Shown: positions 13,707-28,149 of the stretch, in pieces
Numbering within the stretch: the first letter of the stretch is position 1
How the letters are laid out: each line of letters begins with the position of its first letter
Origin: Lama glama
Taxonomy: Eukaryota
NCBI GenBank assembly: GCA_028534125.1
Contig: CM052817.1
Coordinates: 60,328,001-60,392,000 of the forward strand
DNA: 64,000 nucleotides
Direction of reading: 5' to 3'
Made by a program: the position numbers and the translations under genes
The notes under the pieces: generated by a model
Databases searched by the model: none
Told to the model about the DNA's origin: nothing
Seen by the model: only the letters and a program-made list of their open reading frames with translations

Positions 13707-14509
13707 GGCACCAGTCTGGGAACCTTCTTATCTCTCTATGTAATCAATGAGAATACGGTGGAGAAGGTATTTGGAGACACTAACAGGTGTTTTGCATAAG
13801 AAGTATATCCCCCACTGTTTTCAGTAGACATTTTGGTAAGATTAGGGGAATGGTGATCAAGTTGTGAGGCTAGCCCTCTGGGAAGGAATAGCATACCTGG
13901 CAGTCAAATTTAAGGCGCTTATACCTGTTTCAAAAGTGTGCACCAGGGTGTATTCTTTAAAGAAAAAAAAATTCTTCTGAAAGACAAAGACCATTAATGT
14001 CCATCTCCTCTCCCTACTTCTTAGGAGGTGTAAAGATGTTCCCTTCCCAAGTGTTGGGGTTGCTTCTCTCCCTCCAGCTCCAGAAATTTGGTGTGTCCCG
14101 TCTCAGTAGCTGTAGTTTCATTTTTTTCCCCATTAACTCCTATTTGTACTCAAACCTTTCATCAGAAATGGTCAGGTACAAGAAATATAAGTACACTTTA
14201 TAAAAATTATGGAAGCCAATTATGTTCCCCACTTCAGCCTGCATTGGTCACTATAGGGAGACTTGACAAAGTATACTCACAATGTGCCCATTATCCTTAT
14301 GATACAGTGTCATGTTCATCTAATAAAAGACTAGGAGTCTGAAACAGAATTAAGTCCGAATCTCCTAAGCGCCGTTTAGGCCAAGCTGCCATCCGGGCTG
14401 ATCTGGAGAAACAGAAAGAAGCATCATGCCCAGGAAGGACATCAGCCCATTGAGCCCCAAGCACAATAACTACAAAACAAAAACAAAAACCTACACTTAC
14501 ATTTTTTTT

Positions 14510-15812
14510 TTAAAGCAAGGCTTAATTAGAAAGAAATTAAACTTCCAACTTCAGAATGTAACAAAATAAGGCTATATGAAAGCCTAAGTACAAGAAAGAA
14601 AACAATTTTTTTAAAAAAATGAAAATTAATGAAATGGAAAACAAACAATAAAGAAAACTAGCAAAATCTAAAATTACTAATACTCTGTAAAGATTAATAA
14701 AATTGATAAACTCTTAACAAAAGCAAAACCATTATAATAAAACACACACAGAGAAAGTAAAATTTATTAATATCAGGAATAAAAGAGAAAATGTCACTGT
14801 CTGCATAAGAAAATGTTGTACTGAAGGTCCTAGCCACTGAAATAAAGCAAGAAATAAAAGTTAATATTGAATACAGTTTGTAGAGGAAGTAAAAATGTAA
14901 GACTCTTTTGAAAATATTGATTCAAAAACTGATTGAATATTGAAAGCTGATTCTAAAATTCATATGGAATATCTAAAGAACTTGTATTGGAGAAAAATTA
15001 GATTCAGTGTTTTATCTGATTTTTCATACAGGCCTAGGATTTACAAATAGATCATAGAGTTCAAAAATTTACCTGCACATACACAGTCACTTTGCTATTG
15101 ACCAGTGTGCCTAGTCAGTGGTGGTGTGCTCTTAACCATTAGTACTAAGAAGACTCTGGATCTGTATGAAAAGAAAACATAAAACTTTAACATATTTATC
15201 ACACCATACAAAAATTAACTCAAGATTGATCACAGACCTAAACTAAAAGCTAGAATTATAAATCTTTTAGAAGGAAAGATAAGAGAAAATCTTCATGACT
15301 CTGGGGTAAACAGATTTCTTAAACACATCAAGAACTAATCAAAAAAGCTAGCAGCAATTTGGACTTCATCAAAATGAAAACTTTCTGCTCATAATAGACA
15401 CCATTAAGAAAATAAATTGGCAGACTACAAACTGGGGAATAGATTTCAATACACATATCTGAAAAACGTGTGTAAATAAATGGGCTATGTAAATAGTTCA
15501 GAGAATTACACAAACTAAACTCCTACATAGCAACAGTATGAGACCAACAAAAATATACAATTAAAAGTGTGAAAAAAAGTTATGCAGACAATTTATATAA
15601 GAAGATATGTAAATAGCCAATAAACACAAGAAGAGGTGCTGAACAATTTTAGTCCACAGGTTTATGCAAATTAAATCAGGATACCAGTCTGTACCCATTA
15701 TATTGGCTGAAGGCCAGTACTACATGCAGGCAAGAATGTGGCAAACTGGAACTCTCCAACTTTGTGGCTGGATGTAAAAATGTACAATTACTATGGAAAG
15801 CTGTTTGGCATT
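14510..15812 (+). mobile_element. Old L1M ORF2/3' region, fragmented
   Basis: attaataaaattgataaactc, caccatacaaaaattaactcaagattgatcacagacctaa, ggacttcatcaaaatgaaaactttctgctc, ctatggaaagctgtttggca. Confidence 0.85.
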
Positions 15813-15879
15813 ATAGACCCCTGGAAACAGAATTATTGCAAGATAAGCACTAGAAACATACATATTTTAACATTACCCA

Positions 15880-16590
15880 GGTGTTTCTGATACAACCAGC
15901 TTTGTTCCTAGGTGAGGCATTTGGAGACAAATTTCAGAAGACATCCTCCTCATTATCTTTAACTGGTATTATTGTTTCTGTCATATACTTCAAACAGAAA
16001 AGAATTTATTATATTCTGAAAGAGCCTATTTCTTATTATAGATACTGGATATTTCTAATTGTCAGGAAGTTTTTCATTATATGAAACTTAAAATGTATTG
16101 GACAAAACAGTCCATTTCTGGGATAATATAAAATAAATAATCCTTTTGTTTGCAAACATTTATCAATAAGTAAAGAAAATGATTATAAGCCATGAGCCTA
16201 CTTAGTCTTCTACTGCCTAAGTACCAAGAACAGTTTACCATTTTCAACTTGACATACTTTTCAGATAGTCCACCTTTGTAAATGCCTGTATCTATTCTAT
16301 TTTTTCAGTATTTTTGTATATAGTCTGACACATTTACTGATTACACAATGTGCCACATGCTATTTTATTGCCTAAGAGAGGGGAGACCTTTACCTCTTTT
16401 TAGCAAAACAAAAAACATTTGTATCTTCTTGTGTTTTCTCGTATTTTTTGCCTTTGTAAAATTTTGTTAAATCTTTATTGTATTACTTGTTATTTTGCCC
16501 TATCCTTCCAATTTTGCATCATCCTCAATTTGTTTAGCGTGCTGTTTATGCTTTAAGCCAAATTTCTGAGAGGAAATTTGGTCAAGTACG
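15880..16590 (-). mobile_element. L3/CR1 LINE remnant
   Basis: Reverse complement of about 16503-16552 reads ...aaattgaggatgatgcaaaattggaagg, a decayed CR1 'KFADDTKLG' motif; gtcaggaagtttttcattata is also CR1-like. Confidence 0.5.
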
Positions 16591-17719
16591 TGGAATATGA
16601 TATTTAGGGAGGCTCATTAAAAGCAGTTAGTCGTCGGCCAGGCAGGCTCACTATCAGAGAGGTCTAAGCAAGGAATTAGTTGAATGTACCAGCCAGTGGC
16701 TAGATTCCTGAGTCAGGGAGTCTTGGAATTGACAGTATACAGAAGCCAAAAAGATAAAGGAATGTCTTGTCTTCAAAATAGAATAAAAGCATATAGATTG
16801 ACTTAATGGGAGGTTTCTATTCTGAGAATATTGAAAGAAAAGTTGAATTTCGTGGATGAGTGGACTGAACAGAACTGATTTACAAGACTGACATAAGCAG
16901 GAAGGTTGATGTACATTTCATCAAAGGAGCTATTTGGGTTATTTAATTTCCTTTGTTTAAAAAAATATTGGTCCCATAGCCTAGTATTGGGATGAATCTA
17001 TTCAAAAACTAGTCAATGGGTCCAGTTAAGGAGCATGGAGGGATACAGTGATGATAGGGATCTAAGGAGCTTGTTACAGTGGTGATGCAGAGACACGAAC
17101 TTATTGGAAGTAGTTGGCTAAATCTTCTTTTTGTGTATTATCTTCCTTCTTAAGCAAGACAGATGGCATTGGTGACTCCAAGCATATTCTTATAGATCAT
17201 TATACTAAAAAAAAGATCCTTTTCCTTCTTTGTCTGTATATCAACATCATACATATTGCTGTTTGTCCACATATCAAATCTCAGGCTCTGTTTGGGTCCT
17301 GTGCTAAACCTTAAACCAAATAATTAGGTCTGGGACATGGTGGCACTCAATCACCAGCCTGAGTTACATGAAGACCCTCTGGGTGAAGAGTAGGCATATG
17401 TGGACACATGTGCTTTCCTTTCCAGTTTGAAGGAAACCTTGCTTATAAGAAGAAAATAAATATTTAAATATTAATTAGATTATTGTAGTTTGATTAACTT
17501 AATTTTAAATTTAATATTGTTAAATTACAACATATAAAATTATAAAAGTTTATCTTACTAATTTCCTATTTAAAATTGCTTTTAAAATACTCCTTTCTTA
17601 AGTTTAGTTTGATTTGTTTGTTTTGGTTAATTTAAACTTCTTTTAATTTCTTAGCTTTTCTGACATTTTCCTTAAGGTTTCAGGATAGTCTTCTAAGTTA
17701 CAACAAAACTTTTACTCAC

Positions 17720-17768
17720 ACACAACACTGTAAAATGATTATGAATCAATAAAAAATGTAAAAAAAAA
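17720..17768 (+). mobile_element. 49-bp L1 extreme 3' end with poly(A), flanked by a perfect 15-bp TSD
   Basis: aaaacttttactcac at 17705-17719 and 17769-17783 flanks acacaacactgtaaaatgattatgaatcaataaaaaatgt(A)n. Confidence 0.85.
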
Positions 17769-18599
17769 AAAACTTTTACTCACGTGTAAACATCTACTAT
17801 AATTTGTTAAACTAAGTTTTCTGAAAATCAGTGACCTAGTAGTATATAATAGGTGTTGATAAAATATCTTAGCATGGAAATGACAAAATCAAAATATACT
17901 TCTCTCTGTGTATGGAAATACTTACTTTTTGACATCCATATGCACAAAAACAAAGAAAGAAATAAATTCAACTTTAAGGATTAGCGAATGGATTATTTAT
18001 GGACTCCCCTGCATTCTGAAAACACTGATTTAATGATCCCAGGTTAAAGGTCAGTACATAGTTGAGTGACCTTAAGCACTGCCCTTCAGTACATCACCTT
18101 CCTTACAATTAAACTGCCATATGGTAGAACCTTTTGAAATGAACATTGAACGGCCATCATCATGAATGCGTTCCTAGGAATTATAATATTTATTCTGTGC
18201 AGTCCTGATGTAGGTTTAATCAAGGCCTATAAAATGGACACATTCCTCTTAATTTATAGCAAATGTTTATAATTACCCTGAGGGTGTTTCCAAATGTCTG
18301 ATGACTATAATATTATTAACTCTCCTCTCCAGACAGTCTTAAAATAGTTTATTACCCATTTGGCCACTTACCAGCTTTCAGTTCTCTCATTTACTTCTGT
18401 GTGCATCAATGAGCATAGGATTAATCCAGGCATCTTATTGAACTATTTTGTTTGCAGTAGTATATATTATGTCAGGTAGGCAAGAATGACATTCTACTAC
18501 TTTGGGTTTATTCATCAATGTGTGTCCTAAAAAATATTGAGCCAGCATTACTGTAAAAATGACTCTTATACTGAAATACTATGTCCCAAAGTTAAAATC

Positions 18600-19110
18600 A
18601 CAAGTTTTTATCAAGTAGAAAATCTCAGTGGATCTCTATTGCTGGATTGTGCCACCTCAAAATCTAATACAGCACATTATTATCTTTATTTTCTAAATAT
18701 ACTACAAATGACAAGGCAATACTCAGTTAATGACTCAAATTCCTTGAAGAAAGTGTTCTTCTAAACAAAAAATTTAAAATAACTCAATGGTTAAAACCCC
18801 TTTTTTCCTCCCAGGAAACAAGGTATTGATAGATTTTGCTATTCATATGTTGGGAAGGGCCGTTCAGCTTAATGTATCACATGTGTCCAGCAGTGTGATG
18901 TATTTCTTTTTACCTTAAAAAAAAAGTTACAAGATTCTAAATATTAATTTTAAAGCTTGACATTCTGTCATAATTTCAGAAACATCAAGATTCAATGATG
19001 CAGTACTGACATCTCTTGCTCAGTGAGATCTTCAAAGCATTAAGTGATCAAAATGATTAAATGTGTGTTATCTACTCAAATGAAGGAGTTGAGTAGAGGA
19101 AAAAAATTTA
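18600..19110 (+). mobile_element. Probable L3/CR1 remnant
   Basis: gtgtccagcagtgtgatg...aaaaaaagttacaagattctaaatattaat resembles the CR1/L3 ORF2 3' region. Confidence 0.4.
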
Positions 19111-19311
19111 GACTTACAAAGCCTAAGTTACAAATATCTTTTCCTACCAAATTCAATATTTTAAAGGTGATATTTGAATACAATGATCAGGCTGAAAATT
19201 AATATATTCTAGAGAATGCCACTAAATTTAAATGGCAACTACAGTCTTGAAAATGAGTAGTACTGTAAGATTTTTCTACCTGTAGTAGGGGCAGTGTTAT
19301 CATCAGATGTG

Positions 19312-19400
19312 TAGCTAGCAAGCTCCTTGAGAGCAGGGATCGTCTTGCCAAACGTTCTCTTCCAAGGACCTCCCACAATGCGTGGCACAGAGTAAGCAGA
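19312..19400 (+). mobile_element. L2 3' end
   Basis: aagctccttgagagcagggatcgtcttg...cacaatgcgtggcacagagtaagc. Confidence 0.7.
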
Positions 19401-20936
19401 GACTTGATTCTAAAAGCGATCTGTCTGGATGCTGACCACTGGTTTAGGACGAACAATAGGGTACCGTATTTCTGGTTTGGGGGTTAGTTTAGAAATGTGT
19501 TTATACATTAGATTCTAATATCGCCTGGGATTTTTCTACTTTAATCTAGTTTAAGGTAAGCCATTTATAGTAGAGAGGTTAAATTTAATCTTACACCAGT
19601 GATTATAATAAAGTCATTGTTTTACACAATTTAGTAAAACAAATCATTGTACTTCAATCAGCCACTACCTCCTGGAGAGTTGTGAGAAGTTGGTCTAAGT
19701 AAGTAACAGAAATTAAATATCACAAAAATTGATAGTTGCTAGAATACCAAGTTCTAAGGGTGTTACCTAGATCAACTTTTAGTCCCTATCATGATTTTTT
19801 TTTGTTTTCCATTTTTCCATAGGCATAAATAAATAAACAAACAAAGAAAAAAACAGCCTAAGGAAATTAAAAACAAATGGGACTTTTGACTGGGTTAGTA
19901 AAGTCTTGATTATGAGAATGTACATTGCATAGAAAGTTGCAGTTTACAAACTGCTTCAATATTTCACGCACCTTACTTACTTTTACTAAAATAACTCAGT
20001 GATTAGGTGATGTAACTTTATTTTTGCATCAGTAAGGTGTGATCAATTGTTACTTTCCCTGTGCTTCTATTCTTTTGTTATATTTCTTTAATTGACATTA
20101 ACCACATTAAAACAATTACTGGTTTAAATTGTCATTTCTCCACTAAACGATGTACTTCAAGAACAGGAACTGTGCCTTCACCTTCATTACCAGACTACCA
20201 GAGGTTGATCAAAAGACTATGCATTAATCAACATCCTTTCTCTTGAAAGTGACAGCTCATTTCAAACTAGATAAGCAAAAAAAGAGAAAAAAATAGTAAC
20301 TTGTGTAGTTGGGAAGTCTAAGAAATGGCCAGCTTGTCTCTGTTCCACTTCACTTGCTGGCTACATTCTCAGTTTCTCACTAGACACGCTGGCTCTTGCA
20401 ATTCCAAGACTGCATCATTACAACTTGTGATACAAAAGAAAGATCTTTTTTTTCTTCCTTATCCATATATGAAATTTCAGTCATTACTTGGGCCCTGTGA
20501 CTATCTGTGAACTAATTATTAGGCCAAAAACATGGAGAGCTCAGGTTGACCATCTGGTAATAAATGCAGAGGGTTGAGCACATATGGAACACGTATGTGT
20601 TCAATGTAAAATAAGGTTTTGTTATTTGAGTAAAGGGGGAGAAATACTGGGAAGGTAAAAACAACAGATGGCACCTATGAAACTGATACTGAGTTCACAG
20701 AACTGTGTGGTTAACAAAGTAAGCATCCAAGCCTGGTTTTCTGCCATCAAGTATAGTGTGTTTCCCCAAGATAAAAAATTGTTTCAAAAAAGAAAGATGT
20801 CCCGGTAATAAAATTTAAATAAAAATTATTTAAAAAAGAAAGAAAAAAAGATGAAATATTGACTAGAAATGACTAATAAGGGCTTTTTGTGTCAAATTAC
20901 CCTGAAAATCAAAACAACAACCTTTGAATCCATAAA

Positions 20937-21330
20937 TGTGAGGAAAATTTCTGGATGCATTCTGTCCTGTACCACCCAAATTCCCCTTCAAAAGTGAAGG
21001 ACTTATTCTCCCAGCGGCAAGGAGAGTTCTGGCAGCTGACTATCCTTTCCAGGAATTGCCCTCAGCTGAAGAGAGCCATGGACCAAAGTCCATGCAGCAT
21101 TATCAAAGCCCTCCTTCCACCAGCTCGAACTTGGGATAACCCTGAAGGCCATGTCACTTCCAGAGCTCTCTGCAGGCTTCTGCTGGGACTGCGTCACAGC
21201 TTTCCCTCTGCAGACCTTTGCCCCCATTCCTTGTCACACAGGTGTCACTTCTGAGAGCAGTCCCTAGTGAACCTCCTACTCTCCAATCTCTACTTCAGAG
21301 TCCTCTTCCCTGAAATCTCAGTCTTCTGCA
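20937..21330 (+). mobile_element. LTR16-like (ERVL) solo LTR
   Basis: ggaattgccctcagctgaagagagcc...gggataaccctgaaggccat...ccagagctc...cacaggtgtcacttctgagagcagtccctagtgaacctcct...aatctctacttcagagtc. Confidence 0.8.
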
Positions 21331-21740
21331 GTTTCGTATTTTTTCTTGGGCCTGGAAACCAACTAAAGTTAGCCTAAATACTAACTGAACGTAATTAAAT
21401 GTTATCGGGAGAGGTGTTTATAAGTTTACAAATGTCTTTTATTTTACATGTTCTTCTATTTAAATAAGACGTAATACACACAGTTAACATGTGAATATCT
21501 GTACGTTACCTTCTTATATAATATGGATAGGAAAACAATCATTAAGAGCAGTGACTGTGCTGGTCCAGCTTGTCCAGTAACTACTCGTAAGGGAAGCAAG
21601 CAGATTAGACTAAGAGACCATAATCTAGGCAGTGTGCAGAATGTTTTGGGTGTGTACGTTTACTGGGGAGAAAACGGATTCATAACCTTTATGATTTTTC
21701 TCAGAGGAGTCTGTGACACAAAGAACGTTAAGAAGTTGGA

Positions 21741-21922
21741 GCACTGGTTCCCAGACTGGTTTCCTAAAAATCATCAGGTTTAAAAATCTCTGGGTTTTGT
21801 CATGAGAGTTTCTCACTCCATAGGAATGGAATGGGGCTAAGGAATATTCCTTTTTGGACAAGTTTTCCAAATGATTCTAGAATAAAATTCAGTGGACCGC
21901 AATTTGGAAAATGCCAGCCTAG
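21741..21922. mobile_element. MER5-type hAT DNA transposon
   Basis: cactggttcccagactgg...atggggctaaggaatattcctttttggacaagttttccaaatgattct...tttggaaaatgccagcctag. Confidence 0.6.
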
Positions 21923-21937
21923 GGACTAAACTGTATT

Positions 21938-22453
21938 TGTATATTAGTTTTCTATTGCTGTTGTAACAAGTGATCACAGATTTAGAGGGTTAACCAACAC
22001 AAATTGTTATCTTACAGTTCTATAGGTCACTTGGGATCACAATGGGCCATAATCAAGGTGTAAGCAAGGCTGTGTTCCTTTCTGTAGGTTCTTGGGGAGA
22101 GTCAGTTTTTTGTGCTGCGTGTAAGGACCATCCACATGTCTTCTTTCAAGGTCACCTTCCTTCACCTTCAGATATCCATCTCTGAAGTTTCCAAAAAGTC
22201 TCAACTCATTCTTTGGTAGTCAAATCTCCCTTTGACTCTCCTCTTCTGCCTCTTCCTTTTAATTGTAAGGACCCTGTGATTACACTAATCCCGCTGAAGT
22301 AATAGGAGCTGTCTATTTTAAGGTCAGGTGATTGACAACCTTAATGTCATCTGGAGTATTAGTTCCTCTTTGCTCTGTAACCTAACCTATCCATAGATTC
22401 CAGGGATTAGGACTTGGGCATATATGGGAAGTCATTATTTTCTGCCTACCTCA
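21938..22453 (-). mobile_element. MLT1C/D-like MaLR solo LTR, near full length
   Basis: tgtatattagttttctattgctgttgtaacaa...ttatcttacagttct...aatcaaggtg...gattccagggattaggacttgggcat...ttttctgcctacctca. Confidence 0.85.
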
Positions 22454-23379
22454 AGTTCCTTTATAGTGCCCAGGAAAAAAAAGTTTTTTTTTGTCCTAGT
22501 CTTGTGTTCAATAACTTAGTCAATGAGCCTTCCATCACTTGCTGTTATATAATTATCTGGTCAGTAGAATTAAGAATCTCTGGGAACTATTGAAATGGCC
22601 ATTTACCTTTCTGTTATCAATAAATAACATCTAGTCATCCCACAGGCCTGGAAGCTTTATGAGGTCAGGCATCACCTCTTGTCTTTTTAATTTCTATAAC
22701 CTGTAGCATTTTACTCATTTCCTGCCAACTAACAAGATACACAGATAATGTAGCTGGATAATTGTGGGGGTTGATCACATTCACAAATTGGCAAAGTCAA
22801 AGGCCCAGTCTCTTTTTTAATTTTTCCATAGTGATAAATGTTTGATGTTACTCTCAAATAAGCAAAACTACTATTGTTCACTTAACTCCTGCATTCCAAG
22901 ACTCTAAAACATTATGCTTGTTATTTTGGGCAGCTAGCCATCAGTAAACCTTTAGGTTATTCTGTTCTATTGGTGGGGAGAGGGGTGGTCCCTTAAGCTA
23001 TTATGAACTACTATTAACAATAATAACAACTACCATGTGTGAGAACCTACACGGGATTTCCCATGCAGGCACACACACCACCCTCCTCACTAATTAATCT
23101 TTCAAGATATCTATAAGATAACGATGTCTTCATTTACAGATCAGAAAAAATTTTGAAAACTTTATAATCACTTATCTAGGCAGTGTAACCAGCACTGCAG
23201 ACTAAGGAAACAGAGGAACAGAAGCAATCTTTTATCATATCACTTTTCTGGCCAAATGACAATAAGTATATTTTAAAATTTCTGGTCAAAAATAAAAGCT
23301 AGAAAAGTTCGTAGTGTTTTAAATCAAGAGAAGATCATTTATAAGCTGAATTTGTATCATGCTTTCTAAGTCACATCAG

Positions 23380-23930
23380 ACTGCTTTTCATTCCATACAC
23401 ATAGCCTACCATCTACATATTCAGATCCTCTGCTTACAACTTCCAAGCGATTAAAACTGTCAGAAAAAAATCAGAACCTCTTTCTGTGTCTCATAAGGAT
23501 CCATCTGATTTGACCTTCTCTCTCCATACAACTTCACCAAACTCTGCCCTTCCAAGCTCCACCCTCGTTAGCTTGGCTGCAGCCAGGCTGAAATCCTGTA
23601 GGTACTTCAGACACAAGCTCTTGGCCGTGCCTCAGGGCACTGCTGTTGGCCCCTCATCCCATCTCTCTGGGCAAAGTGTTCTCATCCTTTCGATCACAGT
23701 TAAAATATCAGTTTCCAGAGAAAACTTCCTTGAGTATTCTAAGTAAAAGAGATCGTCCTCCTCACCCTATGATTATCTACCAGCACGCCCTTATTGCTTC
23801 CTTCAGGGCACTTAGTGTGACTTCTGCGTATTACTTTGTGGACTTGTTTATTGTCTGCCTCAGTCTTGGGAGGGATAGTCACAGTTGTATTCTGGGCACA
23901 CAGCATCTGGTACTGTATTCTACAATTTTT
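23380..23930 (+). mobile_element. L2 fragment including the 3' region
   Basis: cctctgcttacaacttcc..., ctcagggcactgctg, tttattgtctgcctc, gggcacacagcatctgg. Confidence 0.7.
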
Positions 23931-24189
23931 TTTTAAACAATCTTTTCCCTCAAAGTTAAGATATAAAATTGCACTGGGATTTTATTTCTATGAGCAGAGA
24001 TTTCCTAGAGCACGAATGATCTGAAACCTTTGCTCTGGTCACACTGTGTTTTCTGAACATCTCTACTTATTTCAATGTATTTTTGGCTTTGCCTGTCTTA
24101 TATTTAGGTGCACATTAAGTGATACAAACTAAAGAAACAACAGCTTTACAATTCAAAATCAAGGATCTGCTCTGACACATATTTTAAAG

Positions 24190-24280
24190 GCGTATTGGTT
24201 CTGAGATGGGGCCCAGGCTTCAGCCTTTTTGATAAGATTTCTAAGTGATTCTGATTTACAACAAAGTTTGAGAAGGCCTG
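24190..24280. mobile_element. MER5A-like fragment
   Basis: ggttctgagatggggcccagg...tttgataagatttctaagtgattctgat...aagtttgagaa. Confidence 0.6.
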
Positions 24281-25846
24281 CTTGAGTGTGAACATAGTTC
24301 TGTTATATGTCTGCCTGTATCTGCTAAATTTCATCAGATCTAACCCTTTGTTTAATCCATGCTTACGTACCTTACATCCTTAGGAACTTTCTGACCTGGG
24401 TATTTAATGAGTATATAATACCTTTACTATTCCAGCTCCTTTTACCTCTTATTCTGCTCTATATGAGGCTTTGTTCTTTTAAGCCACTATGATGCTGACA
24501 TCCTGGGTTTAAAATTTAATTAGGAATAAGGAATATAAGGTAAAATTTATGCAGTTATCTATCGTGAAGAGTCTGAGAGTCAGATAACTGAACATGCAAT
24601 ATTTATAGTAGTAGTTTTAAAATAAAACTAATCATAAAAAAGCAAGTTTCAAAATTATTATTTTTAATTTGTTACCTTGCAAATATAGACTTTGGTTATG
24701 AGCAATTGTTAGTTTCCAAATTTGTCGCTATTTTTTTTCTTACTCTGTGGGCTTATATATTGCTTTTAATTGCTAATGTATTTTTTTAAATGACATTATT
24801 GTCCTTGAGAGGTAAATTTTACATGCATGCAAAAATTTAGGAATTTTGAGATAACTCGATTCATAATATGCAACCTACAATTCCATTCACTCCTTATCTT
24901 AACTAGTTTCTTTTTTTTCCTCCTTTTAACATTTTATGTCATGGGCATATACAGAAAAATATACAGTACTTCATAGTCAGAACGAATCTGCTATATTAAG
25001 ATTATCTTGTGCCAGGTACATCTTCCAATCATACCTATCAATGTTTTGATTCCCTTCTTTTATAAACAGCCAATGTGGCACTAGGAAGAATTACCTGTAA
25101 CATTTCAGACACTTAATTGTTGCTTAAATATACGTGAAAGTACAAATTTCTAAGCGCTTTATTTAGACTGTATTTTCTCTCATTTAAATGTGAAATAGAC
25201 ACGTTTTACTTGATAATCTTTCAGAACTTTGCTTATTTTGGAAAATGTGTGTGAATATTTTGTTAAAATTTATGTTTTACACACAAAGTATATCCCCCAT
25301 ACTCCTGAAAATAAACCGTCTCTACCAAATAGGCCAGATATGAGCTAACAAAGGAGTACACCTAAAATAGGCAAAAATGTAGCTGTTTTATTTATTAGTG
25401 GTCTAGGTGACCTAAGACCCTTTGAAGACAACATGTCAAGGCTCACCCTCTTTCTATTTACATTGAAAAATGTCAAGGTTAGTGATATTGTTGCCTATTT
25501 TAAGAAATTATAGTAATCTTGATTCAGATTCATCAGCCATTAATGATATCCATGTTTTGCCTGAGATTAATGTCACTCTTTAATGTAGAGGGAAAATAAG
25601 GAGTGTACCCTCTTTATCTCACGTTTGCTTTAGGGAAGTGAGGATCTTCCCCAGTCACCTCCCTCCCCCGTGTCCTAACATTTTCCAGAAGAGAGAGAAT
25701 CTACAAGGCTCAGTGAAGAGAAATTCATTTAAAAAATAACAATTCTACATCTTTCACGTAAACACATTTAACGTACTCAACCTTAACCGTATTTGAGAGT
25801 TCCATCAGCTACTCAATTAGTAGTTTTAGATAGCCTGCAGTGCTGA

Positions 25847-26182
<336 letters not shown>

Positions 26183-27459
26183 TAAATGCTTTGGAATAGA
26201 CCCCACCGAGGAGATGAAAATTAAGAGCAGTGTGAGGGAATTAACTACACAGCTCTCATTAGCACTAATTGAGGTAGCACCGTGATTTTTGCTCATCACA
26301 TTTACCCCGTACTGTCCAGTTAATTGCCAAGAATGCTTTGTTTTTATATATATATTTAGGCTCATAGCCAGGATGATTTTAAGAAACCTTCTGGGGATTT
26401 AAAAGTGCTGTTTACCTGATTGGATGTAACAGGTTGTCTAACTAATACTTAAAGTTTTTATGCAAGTTAAAGTTTTGCTTCTGAGAAGAGATTGCCTTGA
26501 ATCAGGCTATTGTTGCCTAAACATGATTACTTTTACAAAAACATATAGCAGACTTACTTCTGCTCTGTGAACTCTGTACCAAACCAAATAATTAAAACTG
26601 TCTGAAACTCTGCAAACTGATGACCTCTGTACATTTTATGATGCTGGATCCTCAAAATTTTAACTGTATCTGTTCATTTGGCTAGAAGCTCTGAAACTTT
26701 TTTCAAAATACAATTAAGACTTTCTAATGATCGGTATAACATCTCTATATTCTAAAAATCTTTGCTATTGCCTTACAAAATATTATTGTCAAGTCATTTT
26801 TTGCCTTACTTCAAATTTTTAAATTTTATATAGTGCTAGAACATTACATGCTTTCACATGGCGTTTACTACTAGTTTAAAAAAATTTGATGACTTTATTT
26901 GATTAGTACATTTTTCTTCATTTCTCCATTATGCTTTCTTTAGCTCCCAAAGTGCTATTATAAAGCCTCCAAATTAGGAAAGTGTTAGAAGTTCTTTACA
27001 CTATAATATAATTAGTATTAGGGAACTTGAAACAGGATATAAATTACTAAAAAAAATAAAATTTTTGGAAAATATCAACATTTTTTAATCAAAAAATTTG
27101 TTACAAAGTTTAAGGACAAAATATAGAACTTTGACCTTTCTAAGTCTAGCAAATGACTCAGAGGGTCTCATTGAACGCTGGGTTTTTCTTTCAATGGAAA
27201 AAATATTTCCAATTTTACAAAAGTTTGCTCTTTCCTTTAAGAAACATAAAATCTACTGTAAGATTGAAGGTAAATACACAAAGACATGATATGATTTGGA
27301 ATATTCAAATTGTAATAAATAAGGCTGAAGTGTCTATTGTTGGTTTTGGTTGGAGAGATCAGAGAAGGCTTCATTGAGAAGGCACATTTGAATCAGACCT
27401 AGCATATCATGTGCAGGAAATTCACGAAAGAGAAGTGGTATTTAACAGACAAATACAAG

Positions 27460-27660
27460 CCATGTCACCCACTTTCTGGTCATGTGAAGCTAACAAATTA
27501 CTTGACATTTTTGAGTCTCTGTTTTTTCACCAGTAAAATGGAAATGATTATTGATTTCAATTTATTATATTTGTAATGCTGATTAATGAGATATAATAAA
27601 CCTTAAAGAGATGGTGGGGTGGGAGTTGGCGCCTAGTAGATGCTTAAGAAATGGTGACTT
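27460..27660 (+). mobile_element. MIR
   Basis: acaaattacttgacatttttgagtctctgttttttcaccagtaaaatggaaatgat...gattaatgagatata...tggcgcctagtagatgcttaa. Confidence 0.65.
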
Positions 27661-28149
27661 ACATCACTTTTTCTAGCACAAAGTACATACCTGACACACA
27701 GCAGATGCTACGGCCCCCTATCCTTGCTACTGAACTTTGATACTTGTAATAATCTACAGCTTCCATCTTTGTTCCCAAACACATACATCTATGTTTGTGA
27801 TTTTCCTAAGAGATTTATCTCCCTTTCTTTACCTAGCCACCATTTTCCCCTACTCAGTTTGTCTTTCACAATGACTGATTTTATGTCTCTATAACTTATG
27901 GACAAAGTTCATCTTACAGTATCAAGCAGTGAATAGAAATGACAGAAAAAAAAAATGTGAACCCACCCCCTTCCCCATCCTAAGCTGGCTGTCCTCTTCT
28001 CTGACCTGTGTAGTGGTTCCTGTTGCTCAATTAGCTGTTCTCAAACACTTCCCAGCTTCCTTCTGCTTTCCCATGAGTTCTAGGAACATTTCTCCATGTA
28101 GCAAATAGGCTGACCCCTTAAGTACTAGAACCAGTTCATCAAAAGGCAG

